A DNA stretch of 57,368 nt from Candidatus Omnitrophota bacterium (GCA_046484225.1 JAWOBO010000089.1:1-57368), one strand, 5' to 3'; counted from the stretch's first letter, positions 25,376 through 35,177 are shown. Numbers and translations are program-made. Notes: a model not told the origin generated them from the sequence alone.

Positions 25376-26446
25376 ATGAATATGGAAAGAATAACGATTA
25401 ATGAGAAACAACCGGACAAAGAAAGCATAAAAAAAGCAGCTGGTATGATCTCTAAAGGAAAAGTTGTTGCTATGCCCACAGAAACTGTCTATGGCCTAGC
25501 GGTAAGAGCCGACAAAGAGGAGGCGGTAGAGAAGTTATATTCTTTAAAAGAAAGGCCTCTGGATAAGCCGTTTAGCGTTGCTTTAGCTGATATAGATAAG
25601 GCAACCCAGCAATACTTTTTGCCTCTTATTCCTTTTGGGTATCGATTAATAGAAAAATTTTGGCCGGGCCCCCTTACAATTGTTTACTATAAAAGGCCAG
25701 AAGGTAAAATCGGTATCAGGATACCTTCAAACTTTATTGCAAATAGCGTTTTAAGGATACTTGGTTCTGCGGTCTTTTTTCCTTCGGCTAATCGTAGCGG
25801 TCAAAGTGAAGCTACCTCTGCAGATCAGGTAGAGGAAATTTTTGGCAATCAAATAGATTTAATTATTGATGGCGGCAGGGCTTACCACAAGGAATCATCA
25901 ACAGTTATAGATTTAACTTATAAACCATTTAAGATATTACGAGAAGGAGTAGTTTCAGAAAAACAAATTGCATCTACTTTTATTAAAAGAAGAATATTGT
26001 TTGTCTGTACAGGAAATAGCTGCCGGTCCCCAATGGCGGAATATTTTTTGCGTAAATACCTTCAGGAGAAAAAAAGAGTTGCCTTGCAAAGGTATGAAGT
26101 TATTTCCGCCGGGATAGCTGCTCCAGAAGGCATGCATCCGCCTGAATATGCACAAAAAGTAACAGAAGATCAGGATGGTATAGATATATCAGGATCTAGG
26201 GCTAAACAATTGACAAAACAGATGGTGCTTTCTTCAGACTATATTTTTACCATGGAAGATTTCCAAACTGATTTTATTTTGAAAAATTATCCTATTGTCC
26301 AAAATCGCGTTTTTAATTTGAAAAAATTTCTTTCCTTTGGAGAGGCTATAGATATACCGGATCCTATAGGGCGGAGTTTTATTTTTTATGAAAATGTTTA
26401 TGATGTTATCAAGAAAGCTATACTAGAATTGGTAGATTGGCTGTAA
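25376..26446 (+). CDS. fusion: threonylcarbamoyl-AMP synthase (YrdC/TsaC domain) + low-molecular-weight protein phosphatase (YwlE-like)
   Basis: aa 1-~200 carry YrdC motifs PTETVYGLA, KERPLDKP, WPGPLT, SANRSG, STVIDL. From aa ~205 there is an LMW-PTP P-loop VCTGNSCRSPMAE and a C-terminal DIPDP Asp loop. Confidence 0.8.
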   Translation: MNMERITINEKQPDKESIKKAAGMISKGKVVAMPTETVYGLAVRADKEEAVEKLYSLKERPLDKPFSVALADIDKATQQYFLPLIPFGYRLIEKFWPGPLTIVYYKRPEGKIGIRIPSNFIANSVLRILGSAVFFPSANRSGQSEATSADQVEEIFGNQIDLIIDGGRAYHKESSTVIDLTYKPFKILREGVVSEKQIASTFIKRRILFVCTGNSCRSPMAEYFLRKYLQEKKRVALQRYEVISAGIAAPEGMHPPEYAQKVTEDQDGIDISGSRAKQLTKQMVLSSDYIFTMEDFQTDFILKNYPIVQNRVFNLKKFLSFGEAIDIPDPIGRSFIFYENVYDVIKKAILELVDWL

Positions 26447-26465
26447 CTTTAAAAAGGAGAGTATT

Positions 26466-26906
26466 ATGCGAATAGCTTTTGGTTGTGATCATCGTGGTTT
26501 TAAATTAAAAAATATTTTAATAAAATATCTAGAAAACAAAGGACATAAAATTATTGATTTTGGTACATTCTCTAAAGATTCCTGTGACTACCCTGATTAT
26601 ATTTACCCGGCTGCATCTGCAGTAGCTAACAAAAAAGCAGATAGAGCTATTGTAATTTGTTTTACTGGAATTGGAAGTTGTATTTTATCCAATAAAATAA
26701 AAGGGGTAAGAGCAGCTCTAGCTTATAACATAAAGAGCGCTAAACTTTCTCGTCGTCATAATAATAGTAATGTTTTGGTGCTTGCTGCAGAGTTGTTGAG
26801 GTCAGATTATGCTAAAAAAATGACTTTAAGTTGGCTCAAAGAAGGTTTTGAGGGGGGAAGGCATAGCCGAAGATTGCGAAAAATACGAAAAGTTGAAAAT
26901 TTTTAA
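26466..26906 (+). CDS. rpiB: ribose-5-phosphate isomerase B
   Basis: RpiB/LacAB fold: GCDHRGFKLK, CDYPDY, FTGIGSCILSNKIKGVRAA. Confidence 0.85.
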   Translation: MRIAFGCDHRGFKLKNILIKYLENKGHKIIDFGTFSKDSCDYPDYIYPAASAVANKKADRAIVICFTGIGSCILSNKIKGVRAALAYNIKSAKLSRRHNNSNVLVLAAELLRSDYAKKMTLSWLKEGFEGGRHSRRLRKIRKVENF

Positions 26907-26935
26907 TGAGACAATTTGATTAAGGAGGAACTTAG

Positions 26936-28189
26936 ATGTTTGAAAAGTTAAAACAAAAGGATTCAAAAGTTTATTCTGCTATATCTAATGAGATGAAAAG
27001 GCAAAGAGAGCATCTTGAGCTTATTGCCAGTGAAAATTTTGCACCGCCTGAAGTTTTAGAAGCACAAGGTTCGGTGTTAACCAACAAATATGCTGAAGGT
27101 TATCCTCATCGGCGTTGGTATGGTGGTTGTGATTTTGTTGATACAGCAGAGGATCTTGCGATTGAAAGAGCCAAAGAACTTTTTGGAGCTGAATTTGCTA
27201 ACGTGCAACCTCATTCGGGAACTCAAGCTAATATTGCAATTATGATGGCAGTATTAAAACCCGGAGATACTATTTTAGCCATGGATTTAGCTTGCGGGGG
27301 ACATCTTTCACACGGGCATCCACTTAATTTTTCGGGAAAATTTTACAATATAGTTTCATATGGTGTTGATAAAAGTTCAGAGTGTCTTAACTATGCTAAG
27401 ATAGAACAGTTGGCCTTAGAGAATAAGCCTAAGATGATAATTGCCGGAGCAAGTGCTTATCCTCGAAAAATAGATTTTAAGCGCTTTAGAAAGATAGCCG
27501 ATAAGGTAGGAGCATTTTTGTGTGTTGATATGGCTCATTTTGCTGGTTTAGTTGCTGCCGGCCTGCATCCTAACCCTTGCCCTTATGCGGATTTTGTTAC
27601 TTCGACAACACACAAGACTTTACGCGGTCCTCGGGGTGGGTTTATACTAGCTAAATCAGATTTTGGTAAAAAAATCGATACAGCGGTTTTTCCTGGAAAT
27701 CAAGGCGGTCCGCTCATGCATGTTATAGCTGCTAAAGCTGTAGCTTTCCGGCTAGCTCAACAGGATGATTTTATTCGCTATCAAAAACAAGTTATCAAAA
27801 ACAGTTCCTATTTTGCTAAAAATATGGCTAATTTAGGATATCGGGTTGTAAGTGGAGGAACCGATAACCATTTATTTTTACTGGATTTAACTGCAAAAAA
27901 TATAACCGGTAAAGATGCCTCTTTAGTTTTAGATAAAGTAAATATTACTGTAAATAAAAATCTTATTCCTTATGATACAAAATCACCTGCTGTGGCAAGT
28001 GGTATTAGAGTTGGAACACCGGCGATTACTACTCGTAAGATGGAAGAGCCGGAGATTAAAAAAATAGCTGATTTAATTAATCAGACCTTTATTAACAAAG
28101 AAGATGAAGTTAAATTATCGGAAATTAAAAAGGAAGTTTTAACTTTAACTAAAAGATTTCCTCTCTATAAAGAACTAGATATTGGTTAA
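26936..28189 (+). CDS. glyA: serine hydroxymethyltransferase
   Basis: [24 protein letters not shown]-lysine motif [12 protein letters not shown]. Confidence 0.95.
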   Translation: MFEKLKQKDSKVYSAISNEMKRQREHLELIASENFAPPEVLEAQGSVLTNKYAEGYPHRRWYGGCDFVDTAEDLAIERAKELFGAEFANVQPHSGTQANIAIMMAVLKPGDTILAMDLACGGHLSHGHPLNFSGKFYNIVSYGVDKSSECLNYAKIEQLALENKPKMIIAGASAYPRKIDFKRFRKIADKVGAFLCVDMAHFAGLVAAGLHPNPCPYADFVTSTTHKTLRGPRGGFILAKSDFGKKIDTAVFPGNQGGPLMHVIAAKAVAFRLAQQDDFIRYQKQVIKNSSYFAKNMANLGYRVVSGGTDNHLFLLDLTAKNITGKDASLVLDKVNITVNKNLIPYDTKSPAVASGIRVGTPAITTRKMEEPEIKKIADLINQTFINKEDEVKLSEIKKEVLTLTKRFPLYKELDIG

Positions 28190-28219
28190 TCAATTAACTA
28201 ATTAACTAATTAGTACGGT

Positions 28220-28693
28220 ATGAAAAAAGAAAAAAGACCTTCGTGGGATCAATATTTTATGGGAGTAGCTTTTTTAGTCAGTAAGCGGGCTACTTGCTTA
28301 AGGCGAAAAGTAGGAGCTGTTTTAGTAAAAGATAAGCAAATTCTGGCTACCGGCTATAATGGTGCCCCTAAAGGCATAACACATTGTGAAGCAGCTGGTT
28401 GTTTGCGAAAAAAAATGGAGGTTCCTTCTGGCCAGCGGCATGAAATATGCAGAGGGCTTCATGCTGAGCAGAATGTTATCTTACAATCTGCTTTACATGG
28501 TGTATCTGTTAAGGGGAGTACTCTTTATATAACAAATTCACCTTGCAGTATTTGTGCAAAGATGATTATTAATGCTGGTATTGATGAAATAGTTGTTTTT
28601 GATGATTATCCTGATAAAATGGCTATGGAATTTTTAAAAGAGGCAAAAGTGGTTTTGCGAAAATTAAAAGATTTTAATAAGGGAGATAACTAG
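28220..28693 (+). CDS. dCMP deaminase (ComEB family)
   Basis: Zinc motifs HAEQN and PCSICAKMI, about 157 aa. Confidence 0.85.
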   Translation: MKKEKRPSWDQYFMGVAFLVSKRATCLRRKVGAVLVKDKQILATGYNGAPKGITHCEAAGCLRKKMEVPSGQRHEICRGLHAEQNVILQSALHGVSVKGSTLYITNSPCSICAKMIINAGIDEIVVFDDYPDKMAMEFLKEAKVVLRKLKDFNKGDN

Positions 28694-28699
28694 TTAATT

Positions 28700-29161
28700 A
28701 TGCGCTGTCCTTATTGTAATTTTAACGAAGATAAAGTAGTTGATTCACGCCTTACTTCTGAAGGTTCTGCTATAAGAAGAAGAAGAGAATGTAATAGTTG
28801 CGGAAGGCGTTTTACTACCTATGAATATGTAGAAAAAACTCCTCTTATGGTAATCAAAAAAGATGGACGGAGAGAGCCTTTTTCTCAGCAGAAAATTTTA
28901 GATGGGCTAATCAAAGCTTGTGAGAAAAGAGCTATAAGCGTAGAAAGATTGGAAAATATAGTCTCTGAAATTGAAATTAAACTACAAAAGAAATTCGAAC
29001 AAGAGGTTGATTCTAACCATATTGGAGAGTTAGTTATGGAAAAGCTTTCAAAGATAGATGATGTAGCCTATGTAAGGTTCGCTTCTGTTTATAGACAGTT
29101 TAAAGATATTAATCAATTTTTGCGCGAGCTCCGTGAAGTTTTGGGGAGAAAGATAAAATAA
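28700..29161 (+). CDS. nrdR: transcriptional repressor NrdR
   Basis: MRCPYC...DSR...[17 protein letters not shown] zinc ribbon plus ATP-cone. Confidence 0.9.
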   Translation: MRCPYCNFNEDKVVDSRLTSEGSAIRRRRECNSCGRRFTTYEYVEKTPLMVIKKDGRREPFSQQKILDGLIKACEKRAISVERLENIVSEIEIKLQKKFEQEVDSNHIGELVMEKLSKIDDVAYVRFASVYRQFKDINQFLRELREVLGRKIK

Positions 29162-29230
29162 TAATTGATATTTTTTTAGAAACAACCAGCCTTTTTAATT
29201 GCTTAACTGTCTTAAGATAAGAACTTATCT

Positions 29231-30670
29231 ATGAAAGCTGATACTTACCTAAAAAAAATTCCGCAAATAAATAAAATTTCAAAACTAGCTAAAAAATTAG
29301 AAATTAAAGTGTGGTTGGTGGGTGGTTTCCTAAGAGATAGCTATCTTAAGGTGCCTAAAGACTTAACTGACTTTGACTTTTGTGTAGAAAAAAAGATAAA
29401 TCCATTTGTTGAAGAAATAGCTAAAAGTTTTGAAGCAAAAATAATTATATTAGATAAAAAAACTTCTAGCTTTCGAATTGTTTTAAACAAAAATAAAAAG
29501 AAATATAGTTATGATTTTATTTTGATGAGGGGAAAAACTATAAAAAAAGATCTAGCCCTGAGGGATTTTACGATTAATAGTTTAGCTTTAGATATAACCA
29601 AGCCGAAAAAGATTTTAGATTATTACCAAGGGATTAGTGACCTAAAAAATAAAAAGATAAAAGCTTTGGCTGAAAAGGTAATAGTTGATGATCCTTTAAG
29701 GATATTGAGAGGGTTTTCTTTTGCCGCAAATTATGGGTTTAGAATTGAGCCTCAAACTTCAAATTTTTTTTCTCGCCATAAAAAAAAATTAAAGAATGTA
29801 TCTTCTGAAAGAATCAATGAAGAACTTTTTAAGATATTCAATTCTAAAAAATCTTATAAGGTAATAAAAAAGATGGATGAGGTTAGGGTAATTGATCAAA
29901 TTTTGCCTTATGTTGGGAAGATGCGAAAAACTGTTCAAGGAGGGTTTCACCATCTAAACGTTTGGGATCATTCGATTGAAACCCTAAAACAGTTTGAGAT
30001 GCTTTATAAGCGAAAAATAAAAAAGCAAGACGAAATTAATAATTTTCTCAATCAGAATTTATCGGGAAACAGAAAAAGAATTCAAATAATAAAGTTAGCT
30101 TGCCTATTACATGATTTAGGCAAACCTTTTGTAAAAAAAGCAGCTAAAACTCGGACAATCTTCCATGCTCATGAAAAAGTAGGTAGGGATATCTCTTCTC
30201 TTTTTGCTAAAAAAATACGTTTATCAAGAGTTGAAAAAAAGGCTTTAGAAAAAATGGTTTTTTGGCATCTTCGGCCTGGTTATTTAGCTGATCAAATTAC
30301 ACCTAGCCGGAGGGCTGTTTATCGTTTTTTTCGTGATACAGAACAAGAAGGAGTATCTATCATTTTTCTTTCTTTAGCTGATTGGAGGGCTACCCGTGGT
30401 CCATTAGCAGATCTGGCAAAAAGAAAGCGCCATGAAAAAATTATGCTTAAATTGATCAAAGATCATTTTATTGAAAAAAAGAAAAAACCTATACCTAAAA
30501 TCATCGACGGTTACGATCTTATGAAACAGTTTAAGATAAAAAAGGGACCTTTAATTGGCCAAATTTTAACTAAGATTAAAGAGCTTCAAGCCGTGGGTAA
30601 AATAAAGAAAAAGTCGGAAGCTTTAATGGCTGCAGAAAAGATTTATACAAAAAAAGTAAAAAAGAAGTAG
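29231..30670 (+). CDS. class II tRNA nucleotidyltransferase (CCA-adding family) with HD domain
   Basis: GGFLRD...DFDF, RDFTINSLA, DDPLRILR, and HD motif HLNVWDHS...LLHDLGKP. No SD. A 16-nt palindrome abuts the ATG. Confidence 0.75.
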   Translation: MKADTYLKKIPQINKISKLAKKLEIKVWLVGGFLRDSYLKVPKDLTDFDFCVEKKINPFVEEIAKSFEAKIIILDKKTSSFRIVLNKNKKKYSYDFILMRGKTIKKDLALRDFTINSLALDITKPKKILDYYQGISDLKNKKIKALAEKVIVDDPLRILRGFSFAANYGFRIEPQTSNFFSRHKKKLKNVSSERINEELFKIFNSKKSYKVIKKMDEVRVIDQILPYVGKMRKTVQGGFHHLNVWDHSIETLKQFEMLYKRKIKKQDEINNFLNQNLSGNRKRIQIIKLACLLHDLGKPFVKKAAKTRTIFHAHEKVGRDISSLFAKKIRLSRVEKKALEKMVFWHLRPGYLADQITPSRRAVYRFFRDTEQEGVSIIFLSLADWRATRGPLADLAKRKRHEKIMLKLIKDHFIEKKKKPIPKIIDGYDLMKQFKIKKGPLIGQILTKIKELQAVGKIKKKSEALMAAEKIYTKKVKKK

Positions 30671-31567
30671 GTGGTTGTTGTGGAGTTAGAAAATGTAGTT
30701 GTAGATTTATCAAAAAGGTTAAAAAAGAATACGCAATCTGCGGTGGTTTCTTATGACTATTTTGTTCAGACAAAGAAAATAAAAGGGGTCGAGAAAAGTC
30801 TAGGTAAATTAAAAAATTCCCAGGTGGCATTAATAAAAGAGAGTTCTTTTAAGACTGACTATATTATTTTGCTTAATCTTGGCAAAAATTGCAGTTTGGA
30901 ACTTATACGAATTGCTTTAAAGAACTGCTTTAAAGCAATCAAAAAAAATAATATTGAATCTGTAGCTTTTTTAACGGATAGTTTTAAAAAAAATATTAAT
31001 CTTGGTATTTTTTCTAAAATAGCTGCTCAAGAGCTTTTTCGTCACCTAAGAAACAAAAAACAAAAAACCTTAAAAAGAGTGTCGTTTTTAACTAATGCTA
31101 GCCGAAAGGGTACAATATTGAAAAAAAATATAGTCGAATACCTTAATCATATAAAAATTAATAAGGGGCCATTTCTTACTGTCGATGGCATTATTCAATA
31201 TAAAAAAGGAGTAGTTTTGATAGAGAGAACTAATCCTCCTTTAGGTTGGGCCTTGCCAGGCGGATTTGTTGACTATGGCGAAAAGCTAGAAGAGGCTGTT
31301 ATTCGGGAAGTTAAAGAAGAAACCGGCCTTGATTTTAAAAATGTAAGACAGTTCAAGGCCTATTCGGATAATTGCCGGGATCCTCGCTTTCATACAGTTT
31401 CGATGGTTTTCACCGGCAAAGGTAAAGGAAAACTTAAAGCAGCTTCAGATGCAAAAGCTGCGACAGTTTTTGAAATCAAGGGTAAGAATCCTTTGGCAAA
31501 TTTACCATCTAATATTGCCTTTGATCATAAAAAAATAATTAGCGAATGGCTATCAACTAAACTTTAA
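30671..31567 (+). CDS. two-domain protein: N-terminal domain of unclear family + C-terminal Nudix hydrolase
   Basis: Nudix box [24 protein letters not shown]. The N-terminal ~170 aa show only a weak macro-domain-like pattern (..[10 protein letters not shown].., [11 protein letters not shown]). GTG start directly after the cca stop, exact start uncertain. Confidence 0.65.
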   Translation: MVVVELENVVVDLSKRLKKNTQSAVVSYDYFVQTKKIKGVEKSLGKLKNSQVALIKESSFKTDYIILLNLGKNCSLELIRIALKNCFKAIKKNNIESVAFLTDSFKKNINLGIFSKIAAQELFRHLRNKKQKTLKRVSFLTNASRKGTILKKNIVEYLNHIKINKGPFLTVDGIIQYKKGVVLIERTNPPLGWALPGGFVDYGEKLEEAVIREVKEETGLDFKNVRQFKAYSDNCRDPRFHTVSMVFTGKGKGKLKAASDAKAATVFEIKGKNPLANLPSNIAFDHKKIISEWLSTKL

Positions 31568-31597
31568 AACCTCTAACCTTTAACCTTTATCCTTATT

Positions 31598-33703
31598 ATG
31601 AACAACATACCTATACGTTATATTAAAGGAGTAGGCCCTCGCAAAGAAGAAGTATTTAACAACAAAGCCGGGGTTTATACTGCTGAGGATCTACTTTATT
31701 ATTTCCCTTTTCGTTATGAAGATAGGACTAATTTTATAAATATTATAGATTTAAAAGAAAATAAGCCAGCAGTAGTTGAGGGCGAGGTACTGGCTAGGAA
31801 TCTAAAAAAATTTCCTTATTTTATTCGATCTAAAAGAATAAAAAGTATCTTTGAAGTTATTTTAGAAGATCAAACTGCTAAAATTAGTTGTAAATGGTTT
31901 AATCAACCATACCTTGCTGATTCTATTAAGGTAGGGCAAAAATTAATCGTCTATGGGAAACCCTCTCGCTATAAAGGTAAATTGCAAATAATTTCGCCAA
32001 AGTTTGAACAAAGCGATAACGAGCAAAGTTTGGAAGTTGGTAAAATCACACCTATTTATAAATTACCGACCGAATTTAGCCAAAGATACATTAGAAAAAC
32101 TATATTTTTCATTTTAAAGAACTATAATTTTCAAACTTCTGACCCAATTCCCTTTAATATTAGAGAGAAACAAAATATTCCTAATATTGCAAAAAGTTTT
32201 CAACAAATACATTTTCCGGATTCCTTAAAAGAGGCTGATCTAGCTAGGCAAAGGTTTATTTTTGAAGAACTATTTATTTCACAAGTTATGGTTTATCTAC
32301 GTAAAGCCAAACATCGCCTTCAAAAAGGGCCTGCCTTAAGAGTTGATAATAAAGCGGTGGAAAAAGTAAAAAAAAGCTTTTCTTTTCAATTGACTCAAGC
32401 TCAAAGAGAGGCTTTAGATATAATTCTATCGGATCTAGGTAAAAACTATCCTATGCACAGACTTCTACAGGGTGATGTGGGGAGTGGAAAAACTGCCGTA
32501 GCTCTTTTTCCTATAATTTTATCTGCCTTGTCTTTTTGGCAGGTGGCTTTTATGGTCCCTACGGAAGTTTTAGCTTATCAGCACAAAAAGACTATTACTA
32601 ATCTATTGGAACAAGCAGGTTTTCCTTTGGTTAATTTAAGCGACAAAGTAGATGTGTTGACATCGTCTTTGTCAATTAAAGAGAAAAATATTGTTTTACA
32701 AAGATTAGCTAAAGGAGATTCTTTGATTGTGGTAGGAACTCATTCTTTGATTCAAAAGAACCTAAAATTTAAAAATCTGGGGTTGGTGGTAATAGATGAG
32801 CAACATAAGTTTGGCGTAGCTCAAAGAGCACTTTTACCCAGAAAAAGTCAACTTCCACCCAATTGCTTGGTAATGAGTGCCACGCCTATCCCCCGCAGTT
32901 TAGCTCTTTCTATCTATGGAGATCTTGATGCCTCAACTATTTATCAACTGCCTCCTAATCGGAGCAAACCAAATACAGTTGTAGTTAAAGAAGAAAAAAG
33001 AGGCTGGGTTTATGATTTAGTTGAGCGAAAGATAAAGCAGGGAAAACAGGTTTATATAGTCTATCCGATCATTGACCAGAATGATCAACTAGAAGTCAAG
33101 TCACTAAATCAAATGTATAAAAAAATAAAGAAAAGATTTTCAAAATTTTCAATAGGAATATTTCACGGACGATTGAAGAACCAAGATAAATTAGCAGTGA
33201 TGGATGAGTTTAATAAGGCTAAAATTGATATTCTTATTTCTACAAATGTTGTAGAAGTTGGCCTTGATGTTAAAAATGCTACAACTATGGTAGTAGAAAG
33301 TCCGCAAAAATTTGGATTATCTCAGTTACATCAATTGCGCGGCAGAATTAGGAGATCTAGCCAAAAGCCTACTTTTGTTTTGATTTATAGTGAAAATATC
33401 TCTCAAGAAGCTAAGAGGCGGCTGGAGATAATAGAAAAAGAAAGTGATGGTTTTAAGATAGCTGAAGAAGATCTAAAGTTACGTGGACCGGGGGATTTTT
33501 TCGGCCAACTACAACATGGACTGCCAAATTTAAAAATAGCAGATCCTTTAAGGGACCTAAAAATTTTAAAACAGGCACGTACTTTTGCCAAGGAAGTTAT
33601 CAAAAGGGATCCTTATCTTAGGCAACCCTGGTCAAGACCGCTAAGGGACTATTTTAGAACTTATTTTTCTTTAAATAGCTTTAAAAAGGGAGTTAAAAAA
33701 TAG
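31598..33703 (+). CDS. recG: ATP-dependent DNA helicase RecG
   Basis: Wedge domain. Walker A GDVGSGKT, VIDEQHKFG, QLHQLRGR. Confidence 0.9.
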   Translation: MNNIPIRYIKGVGPRKEEVFNNKAGVYTAEDLLYYFPFRYEDRTNFINIIDLKENKPAVVEGEVLARNLKKFPYFIRSKRIKSIFEVILEDQTAKISCKWFNQPYLADSIKVGQKLIVYGKPSRYKGKLQIISPKFEQSDNEQSLEVGKITPIYKLPTEFSQRYIRKTIFFILKNYNFQTSDPIPFNIREKQNIPNIAKSFQQIHFPDSLKEADLARQRFIFEELFISQVMVYLRKAKHRLQKGPALRVDNKAVEKVKKSFSFQLTQAQREALDIILSDLGKNYPMHRLLQGDVGSGKTAVALFPIILSALSFWQVAFMVPTEVLAYQHKKTITNLLEQAGFPLVNLSDKVDVLTSSLSIKEKNIVLQRLAKGDSLIVVGTHSLIQKNLKFKNLGLVVIDEQHKFGVAQRALLPRKSQLPPNCLVMSATPIPRSLALSIYGDLDASTIYQLPPNRSKPNTVVVKEEKRGWVYDLVERKIKQGKQVYIVYPIIDQNDQLEVKSLNQMYKKIKKRFSKFSIGIFHGRLKNQDKLAVMDEFNKAKIDILISTNVVEVGLDVKNATTMVVESPQKFGLSQLHQLRGRIRRSSQKPTFVLIYSENISQEAKRRLEIIEKESDGFKIAEEDLKLRGPGDFFGQLQHGLPNLKIADPLRDLKILKQARTFAKEVIKRDPYLRQPWSRPLRDYFRTYFSLNSFKKGVKK

Positions 33704-33706
33704 AAG

Positions 33707-34249
33707 ATGCAAATTCTGGGAGGAGAACTAAAAGGGAGAAAGATTCAAGTTCCGGCTCGAATAAGGCCGGTTTCTCAGCGGGTAAAAAAGAGTTGTTTTG
33801 ATATAATATCTGATTTGCTTGAATCCAAGACGGTTTTAGACCTTTATGCCGGGAGTGGTTCTTTAGGGATAGAAGCTTTGTCTCGCGGTGCCTCTCGGGC
33901 TGTCTTTGTAGATAAGAGTAAAACCAGTATAAAATCTATAAATAACAATATTAATAGTTTAAACTTAAAGAGAAATGCTGAAATTTATTGCAAAAAAAGC
34001 TCTTTAGCTATACAATATTTATGTCGGAAAAAAACTTTTTTTGATCTTATTTTTCTTGATCCTCCTTACTATAAGGGGCTACTTATAAAGAGCTTGCAAC
34101 TGCTAGAAAGTTATGATATATTAGCCCGTTCTGGTTACTTGATTGGTTTTTGTTATGAAAATGATCAATATGCTAAAAAATACAAAAATTTTTCTTTAAT
34201 TATAAAAAAAAGTTACGGCCAATCTGATCTACTTATATATAAAAAATAA
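33707..34249 (+). CDS. rsmD: 16S rRNA (guanine966-N2)-methyltransferase
   Basis: DLYAGSGSLGIEALSRGA SAM motif and LDPPY. Confidence 0.85.
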   Translation: MQILGGELKGRKIQVPARIRPVSQRVKKSCFDIISDLLESKTVLDLYAGSGSLGIEALSRGASRAVFVDKSKTSIKSINNNINSLNLKRNAEIYCKKSSLAIQYLCRKKTFFDLIFLDPPYYKGLLIKSLQLLESYDILARSGYLIGFCYENDQYAKKYKNFSLIIKKSYGQSDLLIYKK

Positions 34250-34252
34250 ACA

Positions 34253-34741
34253 ATGAAAAAAGCTATTTATCCAGGAACATTTGATCCAATTACTAATGGT
34301 CATCTTGATATAATAAACAGAGTTAACCCTTTATCAGAGACATTAATAGTTGCTGTAGTTAAAAATCCTCCCAAGAATTGTTTTTTTTCTTATGACCAGC
34401 GCCTAAATTTGGTTAAGAAAGTAACTGAGAGTATAGAGGATGTAGAGGTTTTAGGGTTTGATGGCTTGGTTATTGATTTTGCCCGTAAAAATAAAGCCAA
34501 TATAATTATTAGAGGCTTAAGAACGATGTCAGACTTTGAGTATGAGTTTAAAATGGCATTGACCAATAAAAGTTTGGCTCCCAGGATCGAAACTTTGTTT
34601 TTGATGACTCATCCTCAATATTCTTTTATTTCTTCTCACTTAATAAAAGAAGTTGCTTTATTAGGAGGAGATTTGAATAAATTTTTACCTGAGCCAGTGT
34701 TAGCGGCAGTAAATGGCAAGATTGATGAAAATCGCAGTTAG
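34253..34741 (+). CDS. coaD: phosphopantetheine adenylyltransferase
   Basis: YPGTFDPITNGHLDII motif, 162 aa. Confidence 0.9.
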   Translation: MKKAIYPGTFDPITNGHLDIINRVNPLSETLIVAVVKNPPKNCFFSYDQRLNLVKKVTESIEDVEVLGFDGLVIDFARKNKANIIIRGLRTMSDFEYEFKMALTNKSLAPRIETLFLMTHPQYSFISSHLIKEVALLGGDLNKFLPEPVLAAVNGKIDENRS

Positions 34742-35177
34742 AAAAATAACTGAAGAAGGAATAAGGTTAGATGAAAAAATCCCGGCTAAACTTTGGAATT
34801 TAGACGGATTTGATTTAAAGTTTGTTGATTGCATTAAAGTAAGAGGAAATTTTAAGAAAATTTATAATGAGATAATCAGCAATGTTAATGTTGTAGCGCA
34901 CTGTCAAATTCGTTGTTCGCGCTGTCTTGTTGAAGTTTGCCAAATTAGAAAATATAATTTTCAAAAAAATTATTCTTTGGATGATTTAGGTAGTTTTTTA
35001 GATATTAATTACGATATAAGAGAAGAAATTTTGCTTAATTTTCCGCTTAAAGTTTTATGCTCACATAGTTGCCAAGGGCTGTGTTCTTGTTGTGGCAGAA
35101 ACCTTAATTGGAGAAAATGTAATTGTTCGAAAAGTCAACAGATTAACAAATTAACCAATTACAAATTAATCAATTAA
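34713..35177 (+). CDS. yceD: YceD/DUF177 family protein
   Basis: Cys clusters CSRCL...CQGLCSCCGRNLN. Conserved position upstream of rpmF. Start could be ATG 34713 or 34725. The 3' end consists of an AT-rich 15-nt tandem repeat. Confidence 0.75.
   Translation: MARLMKIAVRKITEEGIRLDEKIPAKLWNLDGFDLKFVDCIKVRGNFKKIYNEIISNVNVVAHCQIRCSRCLVEVCQIRKYNFQKNYSLDDLGSFLDINYDIREEILLNFPLKVLCSHSCQGLCSCCGRNLNWRKCNCSKSQQINKLTNYKLIN
35146..35175 (+). repeat. 15-nt tandem repeat (ACAAATTAACCAATT / ACAAATTAATCAATT) at the 3' end of yceD
   Basis: 14/15 identical adjacent units. Encodes ..NKLTNYKLIN. Confidence 0.6.
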
